Positions 14,701-26,439 of a DNA stretch of 64,000 bases are shown here, piece by piece (within the stretch, counting starts at the first letter, position 1; each line of letters opens with the position of its first letter). The position numbers and the translations under genes are program-made. Under the pieces are notes generated by a model. That model was not told where the DNA came from, did not search any database, and saw only the letters and a list, made by a program, of their open reading frames with translations. The DNA is from Eledone cirrhosa (taxonomy: Eukaryota): NCBI GenBank assembly GCA_964016885.1, contig OZ024740.1, forward strand, positions 60,264,001 through 60,328,000. Direction: 5' to 3'.

Positions 14701-17700
14701 AGTTGGTAATAGTTCGACAGTTCGTGTGTTGATAGTCAACGTCGTTACTAGTTCCACAGTTCGTGTGATGATAGTCAACGTTGGTACTAGTTCCACAGTT
14801 CGTGTGTTGATAGTCAAAGTTGGTACTAGTTCCATAGTTCGTGTGTTGATAGTCAACGTTGGTACTAGTTCCACAGTTTATATGTTGATAGTCAAAGTTG
14901 GTAATAGTTCGACAGTTCGTGTGTTGATAGTCAACGTCGTTACTAGTTCCACAGTTCGTGTGATGATAGTCAACGTTGGTACTAGTTCCACAGTTCGTGT
15001 GTTGATAGTCAAAGTTGGTACTAGTTCCATAGTTCGTGTGTTGATAGTCAACGTTGGTACTAGTTCCACAGTTTATATGTTGATAGTCAACGTTGGTACT
15101 AGTTCCACAGTTCGTGTGTTCATAGTCAAAGTTGTTACTAGTTCCACAGTTCGTGTGTTGATAGTCAACGTTGTTACTAGTTCCACAGTTTATATGTTGA
15201 TAGTCAACGTTGGTACTAGTTCCACAGTTCGTGTGTTGATAGACAAAGTTGGTACTAGTTCCACAGTTCGTGTGTTGATAGTCAACGTTGGTACTAGTTC
15301 CACAGTTTATATGTTGATAGTCAACGTTGGTACTAGTTCCACAGTTCGTGTGTTGATAGTCAAAGTTGGTACTAGTTCCACAGTTGGTGTGTTGATAGTC
15401 AAAGTTGGTACTAGTTCCACAGTTTATATGTTGATAGTCAACGTTGGTACTAGTTCCACAGTTCGTGTGTTAATAGTCAACGTTGGTACTAGTTCCATAG
15501 TTCGTGTGTTGATAGTCAAAGTTGGTACTAGTTCCACAGTTGGTGTGTTGATAGTCAACGTTGGTACTAGTTCCACAGTTTATATGTTGATAGTCAACGT
15601 TGGTACTAGTTCCACAGTTCGTGTGTTGATAGTCAACGTTGGTACTTGTTCCACAGTTCGTGTGTTGATAGTCAACGTTGGTACTAGTTCCACAGTTCGT
15701 GTGTTGATAGTCAAAGTTGGTACTAGTTCCACAGTTCGTGTGTTGATAGTCAAAGTTGGTACTAGTTCCACAGTTCGTGTGTTGATAGTCAACGTTGGTA
15801 CTAGTTCCACAGTTCGTGTGTTGATAGTCAAAGTTGGTACTAGTTCCACAGTTCGTGTGTTGATAGTCAAAGTTGGTACTAGTTCCACAGTTCGTGTGTT
15901 GATAGTCAACGTTGGTACTAGTTCCACAGTTCGTGTGTTGATAGTCAAAGTTGGTACTAGTTCCACAGTTCGTGTGTTGATAGTCAAAGTTGGTACTAGT
16001 TCGACAGTTCGTGTGTTGATAGTCAAAGTTGTTACTAGTTCCACAGTTCGTGTGTTGATAGTCAACGTTGGTACTAGTTCCACAGTTCGTGTGTTGATAG
16101 TCAAAGTTGGTACTAGTTCCACAGTTCGTGTGTTGATAGTCAAAGTTGGTACTAGTTCCACAGTTCGTGTGTTGATAGTCAACGTTGGTACTAGTTCCAC
16201 AGTTCGTGTGTTGATAGTCAACGTTGGTACTAGTTCCACAGTTCGTGTGTTGATAGTCAAAGTTGGTACTAGTTCGACAGTTCGTGTGTTGATAGTCAAA
16301 GTTGTTACTAGTTCCACAGTTCGTGTGTTGATAGTCAAAGTTGTTACTAGTTCCACAGTTCGTGAGTTGATAGTCAAAGTTGGTACTAGTTCGACAGTTC
16401 GTGTGTTGATAGTCAAAGTTGTTACTAGTTCCACAGTTTATATGTTGATAGTCAAAGTTGGTACTAGTTCCACAGTTCGTGTGTTGATAGTCAACGTTGG
16501 TACTAGTTCCAGAGTTCGTGAGTTGATAGTCAAAGTTGTTACTAGTTCCACAGTTCGTGAGTTGATAGTCAAAGTTGGTACTAGTTCCACAGTTTATATG
16601 TTGATAGTCAACGTTGGTACTAGTTCCACAGTTCGTGTGTTGATGGTCAACGTTGTTACTAGTTCCACAGTAAGTGTGTCGATAGTCAACGTTGGTACTA
16701 GTTGCGCAGTTGGTGTGTTGTTAGTCAACGTTGGTACTAGTTCGACAGTTCGTGTGTTGATAGTCAACGTTGGTACTAGTTCCACAGTTTATATGTTGAT
16801 AGTCAAAGTTGGTAATAGTTCGACAGTTCGTGTGTTGATAGTCAATGTCGTTACTAGTTCCACAGTTCGTGTGTTGATAGTCAACGTTGGTACTAGTTCC
16901 ACAGTTCGTGTGTTGATAGTCAACGTTGGTACTAGTTCCACAGTTTGTGTGTGGATAGTCAAAGTTGGTACTAGTTCCACAGTTCGTGTGTTGATAGTCA
17001 ACGTTGGTACTAGTTCCACAGTTTATATGTTGATAGTCAACGTTGGTACTAGTTCCACAGTTCGTGTGTTGATAGTCAAAGTTGGTACTAGTTCCACAGT
17101 TCGTGTGTTGATAGTCAACGTTGTTACTAGTTCCACAGTTTATATGTTGATAGTCAACGTTGGTACTAGTTCCACAGTTCGTGTGTTGATAGTCAAAGTT
17201 GGTACTAGTTCCACAGTTCGTGTGTTGATAGTCAACGTTGGTACTAGTTCCACAGTTTATATGTTGATAGTCAACGTTGGTACTAGTTCCACAGTTCGTG
17301 TGTTGATAGTCAAAGTTGGTACTAGTTCCACAGTTCGTGTGTTGATAGTCAAAGTTGGTACTAGTTCCACAGTTGGTGTGTTGATAGTCAAAGTTGGTAC
17401 TAGTTCCACAGTTTATATGTTGATAGTCAACGTTGGTACTAGTTCCACAGTTCGTGTGTTAATAGTCAACGTTGGTACTAGTTCCACAGTTCGTGTGTGA
17501 TAGTCAAAGTTGGTACTAGTTCCTAAGTTGGTGTGTTGATAGTCAAAGTTGGTACTAGTTCCACAGTTTATATGTTGATAGTCAACGTTGGTACTAGTTC
17601 CACAGTTCGTGTGTTGATAGTCAACGTTGGTACTAGTTCCACAGTTCGTGTGTTGATAGTCAACGTTGGTACTAGTTCCACAGTTCGTGTGTTGATAGTC

Positions 17701-20700
17701 AAATTTGGTACTAGTTCCACAGTTCCTGTGTTGATAGTCAAAGTTGGTACTAGTTCCACAGTTCGTGTGTTGATAGTCAACGTTGGTACTAGTTCCACAG
17801 TTCGTGTGTTGATAGTCAACGTTGGTACTAGTTCCACAGTTCGTGTGTTGATAGTCAAAGTTGGTACTAGTTCCACAGTTCGTGTGTTGATAGTCAAAGT
17901 TGTTACTAGTTCCGCAGTTCGTGTGTTGATAGTCAACGTTGGTACTAGTTCCACAGTTCGTGTGTTGATAGTCAAAGTTGATACTAGTTCCACAGTGTGT
18001 TGATAGTCAACGTTGGTACTAGTTCCACAGTTCGTGTGTTGATAGTCAAAGTTGTTACTAGTTCCACAGTTTATATATTCATAGTCAAGGTTGGTACTAG
18101 TTCCGCAGGTCGTGAGTTGATAGCCAAAGTTGGTACTAGTTCCACAGTTCGTGTGTTGATAGTCAAAGTTGTTACTAGTTCCGCAGTTCGTGTGTTGATA
18201 GTCAACGTTGGTGCTAGCTCCAGAGTTCGTGTGTTGATAGTCAAAGTTGGTACTAGTTCCACAGTTCGTGTGTTGATAGTCAACGTTGGTACTAGTTCCA
18301 CAGTTCGTGTGTTGATAGTCAACGTCGTTACTAGTTCCACAGTTCGTGTGTTGATAGTCTACGTTGGTACTAGTTCCACAGTTCGTGTGTTGATAGTCAA
18401 AGTTGGTACTAGTTCCACAGTTCGTGTGTTGATAGTCAACGTCGTTACTAGTTCCACAGTTCGTGTGTTGATAGTCTACGTTGGTACTAGTTCCACAGTT
18501 CGTGTGTTGATAGTCAAAGTTGGTACTAGTTCCACAGTTCGTGTGTTGATAGTCAACGTCGTTACTAGTTCCACAGTTCGTGTGTTGATAGTCTACGTTG
18601 GTACTAGTTCCACAGTTCGTGTGTTGATAGTCAACGTTGTTACTAGTTCCACAGTTCGTGTGTTGATAGTCAAAGTTGTTACTAGTTCCACAGTTTATAT
18701 GTTGATAATCAAAGTTGGTACTAGTTCGAGAGTTCGTGTGTTGATAGTCAATGTTGTTACTAGTTCCACAGTTCGTGTGTTGCTAGTCAAAGTTGGTACT
18801 AGTTCGATAGTTCGTGTGTTGATAGTCAACGTTGGTACTAGCTCCACAGTTCGTGTGTTGATAGTCAAAGTTGTTACTAGTTCCACAGTTTATATGTTGA
18901 TAATCAAAGTTGGTACTAGTTCGACAGTTCGTGTGTTGATATTCAAAGTTGGTACCACTTCCACAGTTTGTGTTGATAGTCAATGTTGGTACTAGTTCGC
19001 AGTTCGTGTGTTGATAGTCAAAGTTGGTTCTTGTTCCACATTTCGTGTGTTGATAGTCAACGTTGGTACTAGTTCCACATTTCGTGTGTTGATAGTCAAA
19101 GTTGTTACTAGTTCCACAGTTCGTGTGTTGATAGTCAAAGCTGGTACTAGTTCCACAGTTCGTGTGTTGATAGTCAAAGTTGGTACTAGTTCCACAGTTC
19201 GTGTGTTGATAGTCAAAGTTGGTACTAGTTCCACAGTTCGTGTGTTGATAGTCAACGTTGGTACTAGTTCCACAGTTCGTGTGTTGATAGTCAACGTTGG
19301 TACTAGTTCCACAGTTCGTGTGTTGATATTCAAAGTTGGTACTAGTTCCACAGTTCGTGTGTTGATAGTCAACGTTGGTAAATGTTCCACAGTTCGTGTG
19401 TTGATAGTCAAAGTTGGTACTAGTTCCACAGTTCGTGTGTTCATAGTCAAAGTTGGTACTAGTTCCATAGTTTGTGCGTTGATAGTCAACGTTGGTACTA
19501 GTTCCACAGTTCGTGTATGGATAGTCAAAGTTGGTACTAGTTCCACAGTTTATATGTTGATAGTCAAAGCTGGTACTAGTTCGACAGTTCGTGTGTTGAT
19601 AGTCAACGTTGATACTAGTTCCAGACTTCGTGTGTTGATAGTCAAAGTTGGTACTAGTTCCACAGTTTATATGTTGATAGTCAAAGTTGGTACTAGTTCG
19701 ACAGTTCGTGTGTTGATAGTCAAAGTTGTTACTAGTTCCGCAGTTCGTGTGTTGATAGTCAACGTTGGTGCTAGCTCCAGAGTTCGTGTGTTGATAGTCA
19801 AAGTTGGTACTAGTTCCACAGTTCGTGTGTTGATAGTCAACGTTGGTACTAGTTCCACAGTTCGTGTGTTGATAGTCAACGTCGTTACTAGTTCCACAGT
19901 TCGTGTGTTGATAGTCTACGTTGGTACTAGTTCCACAGTTCGTGTGTTGATAGTCAAAGTTGGTACTAGTTCCACAGTTCGTGTGTTGATAGTCAACGTC
20001 GTTACTAGTTCCACAGTTCGTGTGTTGATAGTCTACGTTGGTACTAGTTCCACAGTTCGTGTGTTGATAGTCAAAGTTGGTACTAGTTCCACAGTTCGTG
20101 TGTTGATAGTCAACGTCGTTACTAGTTCCACAGTTCGTGTGTTGATAGTCTACGTTGGTACTAGTTCCACAGTTCGTGTGTTGATAGTCAACGTTGTTAC
20201 TAGTTCCACAGTTCGTGTGTTGATAGTCAAAGTTGTTACTAGTTCCACAGTTTATATGTTGATAATCAAAGTTGGTACTAGTTCGAGAGTTCGTGTGTTG
20301 ATAGTCAATGTTGGTACTAGTTCCACAGTTCGTGTGTTGCTAGTCAAAGTTGGTACTAGTTCGATAGTTCGTGTGTTGATAGTCAACGTTGGTACTAGCT
20401 CCACAGTTCGTGTGTTGATAGTCAAAGTTGTTACTAGTTCCACAGTTTATATGTTGATAATCAAAGTTGGTACTAGTTCGACAGTTCGTGTGTTGATATT
20501 CAAAGTTGGTACCACTTCCACAGTTTGTGTTGATAGTCAATGTTGGTACTAGTTCGCAGTTCGTGTGTTGATAGTCAAAGTTGGTTCTTGTTCCACATTT
20601 CGTGTGTTGATAGTCAACGTTGGTACTAGTTTCACATTTCGTGTGTTGATAGTCAAAGTTGTTACTAGTTCCACAGTTCGTGTGTTGATAGTCAAAGCTG

Positions 20701-22882
20701 GTACTAGTTCCACAGTTCGTGTGTTGATAGTCAAAGTTGGTACTAGTTCCACAGTTCGTGTGTTGATAGTCAAAGTTGGTACTAGTTCCACAGTTCGTGT
20801 GTTGATAGTCAACGTTGGTACTAGTTCCACAGTTCGTGTGTTGATAGTCAACGTTGGTACTAGTTCCACAGTTCGTGTGTTGATATTCAAAGTTGGTACT
20901 AGTTCCACAGTTCGTGTGTTGATAGTCAACGTTGGTACTAGTTCCACAGTTCGTGTGTTGATAGTCAAAGTTGGTACTAGTTCCACAGTTCGTGTGTTGA
21001 TAGTCAAAGTTGGTACTAGTTCCACAGTTCGTGTGTTGATAGTCAAAGTTGGTACTAGTTCCACAGTTCGTGTGTTGATAGTCAAAGTTGGTACTAGTTC
21101 CACAGTTCGTGTGTTGATAGTCAAAGTTGGTACTAGTTCCACAGTTCGTGTGTTGATAGTCAACGTTGGTACTAGTTCCACAGTTCGTGTGTTGATAGTC
21201 AAAGTTGGTACTAGTTCCACAGTTCGTGTGTTGATAGTCAAAGTTGGTACTAGTTCCACAGTTCGTGTGTTGATAGTCAAAGTTGGTACTAGTTCCACAG
21301 TTCGTGTGTTGATAGTCAACGTTGGTACTAGTTCCACAGTTCGTGTGTTGATAGTCAACGTTGGTACTAGTTCCACAGTTCGTGTGTTGATATTCAAAGT
21401 TGGTACTAGTTCCACAGTTCGTGTGTTGATTGTCAACGTTGGTAAATGTTCCACAGTTCGTGTGTTGATAGTCAAAGTTGGTACTAGTTCCACAGTTCGT
21501 GTGTTCATAGTCAAAGTTGGTACTAGTTCCATAGTTTGTGCGTTGATAGTCAACGTTGTTACTAGTTCCACAGTTCGTGTGTTGATAGTCAACGTTGGTA
21601 CTAGTTCCACACTTCGTGTGTTGATAGTCAAACTTGGTACTAGTTCCACAGTTGGTGTGTTGATAGTCAAAGTTTGTACTAGTTCCACAGTTCGTGTGTT
21701 GATAGTCAAATTTGGTACTAGTTCCACAGTTCGTGTGTTGATAGTCAACGTTGGTACTAGTTCCACAGTTCGTGTGTTGATAATCAACGTTGGTACTAGT
21801 TCCACAGTTCGTGTGTTGATAGTCAACGTTGGTACTAGTTCCACAGTTCATGCGTTGATAGTCAATGTTGTTACTAGTTCCACAGTTGGTGTGTTGATAG
21901 TCAAAGTTGGTACTAGTTCCACAGTTCGTGTGTTGATAGTCAAAGTTGGTACTAGTTCCACAGTTCGTGTGTTGATAATCAACGTTGGTACTAGTTCCAC
22001 ATTTGGTGTGTTGATAGTCAAAGTTGGTACTAGTTCCACACTTCGTGTGCTGATAGTCAAAGTTGGTACTAGTTCCACAGTTCGTGTGTTGATAGTCAAC
22101 GTTGGTACTAGTTCCACAGTTCGTGTGTTGATAGTCAAATTTGGTGCTAGCTCCAGAGTTCGTGTGTTGATAGTCAACGTTGGTACTAGTTCCACATTTC
22201 GTGTGTTGATAGTCAAAGTTGGTACTAGTTCCACATTTCGTGTGTTGATCGTCAAAGTTGTTACTAGTTCCACAGTTCGTGTGTTGATAGTCAAAGTTGG
22301 TACTAGTTCCACAGTTCGTGTGTTGATAGTCAAAGTTGGTACTAGTTCCACAGTTCGTCTGTTGATAGTCAACGTTGTTACTAGTTCCACAGTTCGTTGT
22401 GTTGATAGTCAAAGTTGGTACTAATTCCACAGTTCGTGTGTTGATAGTCAACGTTGGTACTAGTTCCACAGTTCGTGTGTTGATAGTCAAATTTGGTGCT
22501 AGCTCCAGAGTTCGTGTGTTGATAGTCAACGTTGGTACTAGTTCCACATTTCGTGTGTTGATAGTCAAAGTTGGTACTAGTTCCACATTTCGTGTGTTGA
22601 TCGTCAAAGTTGTTACTAGTTCCACAGTTCGTGTGTTGATAGTCAAAGTTGGTACTAGTTCCACAGTTCGTGTGTTGATAGTCAAAGTTGGTACTAGTTC
22701 CACAGTTCGTCTGTTGATAGTCAACGTTGTTACTAGTTCCACAGTTCGTTGTGTTGATAGTCAAAGTTGGTACTAATTCCACAGTTCGTGTGTTGATAGT
22801 CAACGTTGGTACTAGTTCCACAGTTCGTGTGTTGATAGTCAAAGTTGGTACTAGTTCCACAGTGTGTGTGTTGATAGTCAAA
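2784..22882. repeat. ~20.1-kb tandem satellite, 39-bp monomer, about 515 copies, with higher-order duplications
   Basis: Consensus CAGTTCGTGTGTTGATAGTCAA(C/A)GTTG(G/T)TACTAGTTCCA repeated head-to-tail with no spacers. Recurrent variants include TTTATATG, GTGAGTTG and 35-bp deletion units. Copy number is length divided by 39. Confidence 0.99.
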
Positions 22883-23076
22883 TCTGGAGTTCAAGTTCAT
22901 AGTTCGAGTTACCGTGTTGGATTGTTTGTTCTTAAACGATTGTTGTTCCGTTACGTTTGTTTCGATTATATTATTATTACACTGTTGCAGTGTATTCGTT
23001 TATCCATAAGGACATAAGAGTTTATATGTTCCATTTCATTTCATGCACTATACTAATATTTTATACCTTAATTTAT

Positions 23077-23452
23077 TGTAGTGACCTACATTCCGCGGGC
23101 TCACATACATTCTCTGTGAGTGATTTGGCTCAGCTCAGCCAAACAGCGCCAGTAGAAGAGAATGTATCTCTACGCGCTCTGAGGGAAACATTCCCGCTTT
23201 GATTTGAGGAATCACACTCCCGCTTCCTGACTGTAAAAAGGTAAACACCTAACTTTCTTTGGTCGTGAAACCACTAGTCAACATGTAACACAACAACTTA
23301 ACCACGGCCTGGCAACATTTCCGCCAGTAGACCGTGCCTCCTGAATTCCTTGTTTCATCTCTCTTTGCATGTCAGCTGTTCAGCTCTACTCAGCTCAATC
23401 TTCGTAAATAAATATTGTACATACAACCCAGTCAGTGTCCTGTTATATTATA
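23077..23452 (+). mobile_element. Possible solo-LTR-like segment
   Basis: Starts TGTAGTG, is more GC-rich than its flanks, and has AATAAA about 40 bp before the end. It ends TATTATA rather than ...CA and has no clean TSD. Confidence 0.3.
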
Positions 23453-23826
23453 ATTAAATTAACTTAGAATAAATTAATCATGTTGTTAATGAACTTGGGT
23501 AGACGGGAAATGGGAAGATAGAGTGTAGCTGTTAAGTCCAACCTTCTGGAATGTGCCGCGCTGAATTTTCGAAACACAAATAGATGCGTTGTTTTAAATT
23601 ACTTTTATAGTGACTTAATTTCACTGTAGCCATGTTGGGGTAACCTCATTGATGGTTTCAAATTTATATCGAATCCAGCATTAATTTTATTCTGATACGT
23701 ATAACCTATATTTGTCGAATTAATAAGTTACGAGATACAGCATAAACACAAATAAAAATATAAACACAGACAAGGGAGCATACTAACATACACGGATACG
23801 AGCATATGCATACACACACGCACACA

Positions 23827-23872
<46 letters not shown>

Positions 23873-23967
23873 AGATGGCAACATGAATGAACCTGTTATT
23901 TTTATCTAAAGACTTTTTTCCAATTCCACCCCGCCCGTCCCTTCAATCTATCTTATTTCTCATTCTT

Positions 23968-24003
23968 TCTTCTGATAAAGGACTAGCGTCCGAAACGTTA
24001 AGA
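23968..24003 (+). ncRNA. Degenerate minimal type I hammerhead ribozyme motif (Penelope-like pLTR type)
   Basis: TCTT-CTGATAAA-GGAC(TAGC)GTCC-GAAAC-GTT-AAGA: stem I TCTT/AAGA and stem II GGAC/GTCC. The core is CUGAUAA instead of CUGANGA, so it is probably inactive. Confidence 0.5.
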
Positions 24004-24089
24004 CCCTCTTCCTGCTATTTCAAGCGTTAACCTAATATATTCCTTCCATATACTGTACCGACTGTGTTGTTATTTCTGTTTACCTTTTA

Positions 24090-24111
24090 CATATATATAT
24101 GTGTGTGTTTA

Positions 24112-24195
<84 letters not shown>

Positions 24196-24250
24196 GACAC
24201 ACTCATATATATTTTATAATAAATTTCATACACTTAGCATGTATGCGCGA

Positions 24251-24310
<60 letters not shown>
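24090..24310. repeat. (TA)n/(TG)n/(CA)n microsatellite cluster
   Basis: Direct observation. Confidence 0.95.
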
Positions 24311-24312
<2 letters not shown>

Positions 24313-25149
24313 CAAGGCAAATAAAGCTCTTTGATTTCTTTGTTCTCTCTTTTATCCTGATAAATATCAGCACCAGTAGCGTGTATTTTTAAACAGCAAG
24401 GTAAGCATTGCTTAACCTATAAAAGTCGTTTAATTATTTAACATTTTTTCTGTTTCCCTAGTTTCGGAGACTACTAGAGTAATTATCATTGTATCTGACA
24501 TTAACACCTCGGAATATTATAATAAATTAATAATACGAGTCGTATAAACTTTTTTGGGTTTTGTTTTGAAAGAGATCACTGTGTGAAGCTATTGTTCCTG
24601 AAATATATACCACATTATATGCTTACCATAGCATTTTGTTTTCACGACATGCCAGTGTTTCCCATGTTGTTACTATGTAACAAAATGACGAGTTGTTGCT
24701 GATTTTAATACAAATCGTGACTAAGTTTGCCGTCCCTTTTGCAATGAATCTTTTCTATCAATACATAGTTGGATGAAAAAATTAAAACCTGTTCTGTAAC
24801 CATTAATCAACTAACATCCTTTATTTGTAGAAGATAATTCCAACACGATTCTATTGACATATTGAAATATAATACAATTGTTTCAATATATCGATATGCT
24901 TAAAGTGTGCTAATTGCAGAACATGCTTTAATCTACTCACTTAGCCAAGTTTCCTCTCATTCATAGAAAAGTATATGTTTTTGTTTTTCTCTGAGTCAGC
25001 CATGATTGGGCGGACATATGACCAAATGTATTCCAACAATAAACATCACAGACTTTTTCCAGACATCGTCTCTCTTAGATTATGTTATCCAATATGTACT
25101 TCGTTTCTCCGACAGCAGAGTAAGATGTAAAAGAGATTTTAACTTTTAT

Positions 25150-25895
25150 TTGGTTCAGGTTCTATCAGATCCAACAGCTATGATAGAAGTCACTCTGGCC
25201 ATGACCATTCCAACTTTCTGGCAAGCGTGTTTCTAGGGCTACATTATCTAACGCATCCTTTCAATAAAAGGTAATGGAATATGAGGAAAATTTGGCTGTT
25301 ATTTCTAGCGGGTCGAGCAACTATATAAAGACCTCGTTAGGTGTCTGTATAGTCAATTACAGTACCTACATAATATAGCTATATTCATCACACTTTGTTT
25401 TAATAATATTTCTTCCTTTTAATGTTTTGACATTCAATTTGTCACTGTTTATAGGAACACTAGATGTTTATACATTCATTGAGACCGCAGTGTATATCGA
25501 CTATCAGCACTCACCGAGACGCAGCCATGATTACCAAAAGCTATCAAGAGACTTTATATATGGTCAATCCACCTACTAGAAATAGCAGTCAAAATCCTCT
25601 CAAATCCCACCATATTAGTCTAAAGAAAAGAATACACATAAAAAAGGTGAACCAAAACATCTTTTATCATAGGTGTTCTCGATCAAAAATTACTTAAGGC
25701 TAAACAATACCTGAAATGACAGAGTCTTGCGTAGGTGGAAGGTTTACTAGAAATAACAGTCAAATAACCCACTGTTCACATACTGCCATCTTTTTAAAGA
25801 TAACATAGACAATGTAGTCTTAGATATACAAAAATAGCTAGAACGCCTTTGATCATAGATCTGCTCGAAAAGAATTGACCTAGGGCGAAACAACA
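25150..25895. mobile_element. Three diverged copies (one +, two -) of an unclassified interspersed repeat
   Basis: Shared motif TTTGGCTG(C/T)TATTTCTAG / CTAGAAATA(A/G)CAG(C/T)CAAA. Related fragments occur near 2630, 26760, 37550-37740, 44205-44270 and 52060-52155. Confidence 0.55.
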
Positions 25896-25936
25896 CTAAC
25901 CATTCCATTTTTAACATTTTATATATTCTATCATTA

Positions 25937-26211
25937 AGTCTAAAGTCTGACTCAAGCCAGGAGGCTCGTCAAGCAGCTGCTTATTCTGGTTTCGTAATGT
26001 TAAGTGACTAAGAGTATAATACTTCTCCCTGGACAGGACGCCAATCCATCATAGGGTTAAATCTCCAGCTATTGCTAGTACTCATTTTCAGCTGAGTATA
26101 GTGGAGCAACGTGAAATGAACTGTTTTGCTCAAGAACACAGCCGAGGAATCGAACCCACGACATTAAGATCGTAAGTCCAACATCCTTATCACTAGGCCA
26201 CGCGTCTCCAC
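25937..26211 (-). mobile_element. tRNA-derived SINE family B
   Basis: On the minus strand: A box TGGCCTAGTGAT, B box GGTTCGATTCC, then TGTGTTCTTGAGCAAAACA. Homologous to 48567-48838 and 51083-51316. Confidence 0.85.
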
Positions 26212-26439
26212 AATTATTAAGTAGAGTGTTCATAAAATTCGAATATATGGGACATGTACAAAAGTGGCCGCAATTCCAAACATCTTGGCAATAGATTTCA
26301 ATAGGTGAAAGAAAAAATATATTGATTTCCGCGACAGCACGATTGAAAGTTCTTACAAAATAAAACGAATCCTGCAATGAAATTTGGCATTTTGAATAAA
26401 CTTTCCAGTTTTGTTTTTCAATTTTGGGAATAGTGAAAC

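Noticed and set aside
2784-22882. CRISPR array (39-bp partly palindromic repeat)
   Set aside because: Repeats abut directly with no unique spacers, no cas genes are present and the context is eukaryotic.
2814-23017. Giant ORFs (1226, 845, 1015, 800 aa and others) as real CDS, including antifreeze/mucin-like TxT repeats
   Set aside because: They follow from a stop-free 13-codon monomer and are open on both strands. Most begin at TTG/GTG, they are broken by recurrent frameshifting units, and they have no unique N- or C-terminal domain or signal peptide. Kept only as a low-probability finding.
2682-23027. 8-bp GTTTATAT as the TSD of a hAT/P element enclosing the satellite
   Set aside because: There are no terminal inverted repeats at the implied ends, and an AT-rich 8-mer can match by chance.
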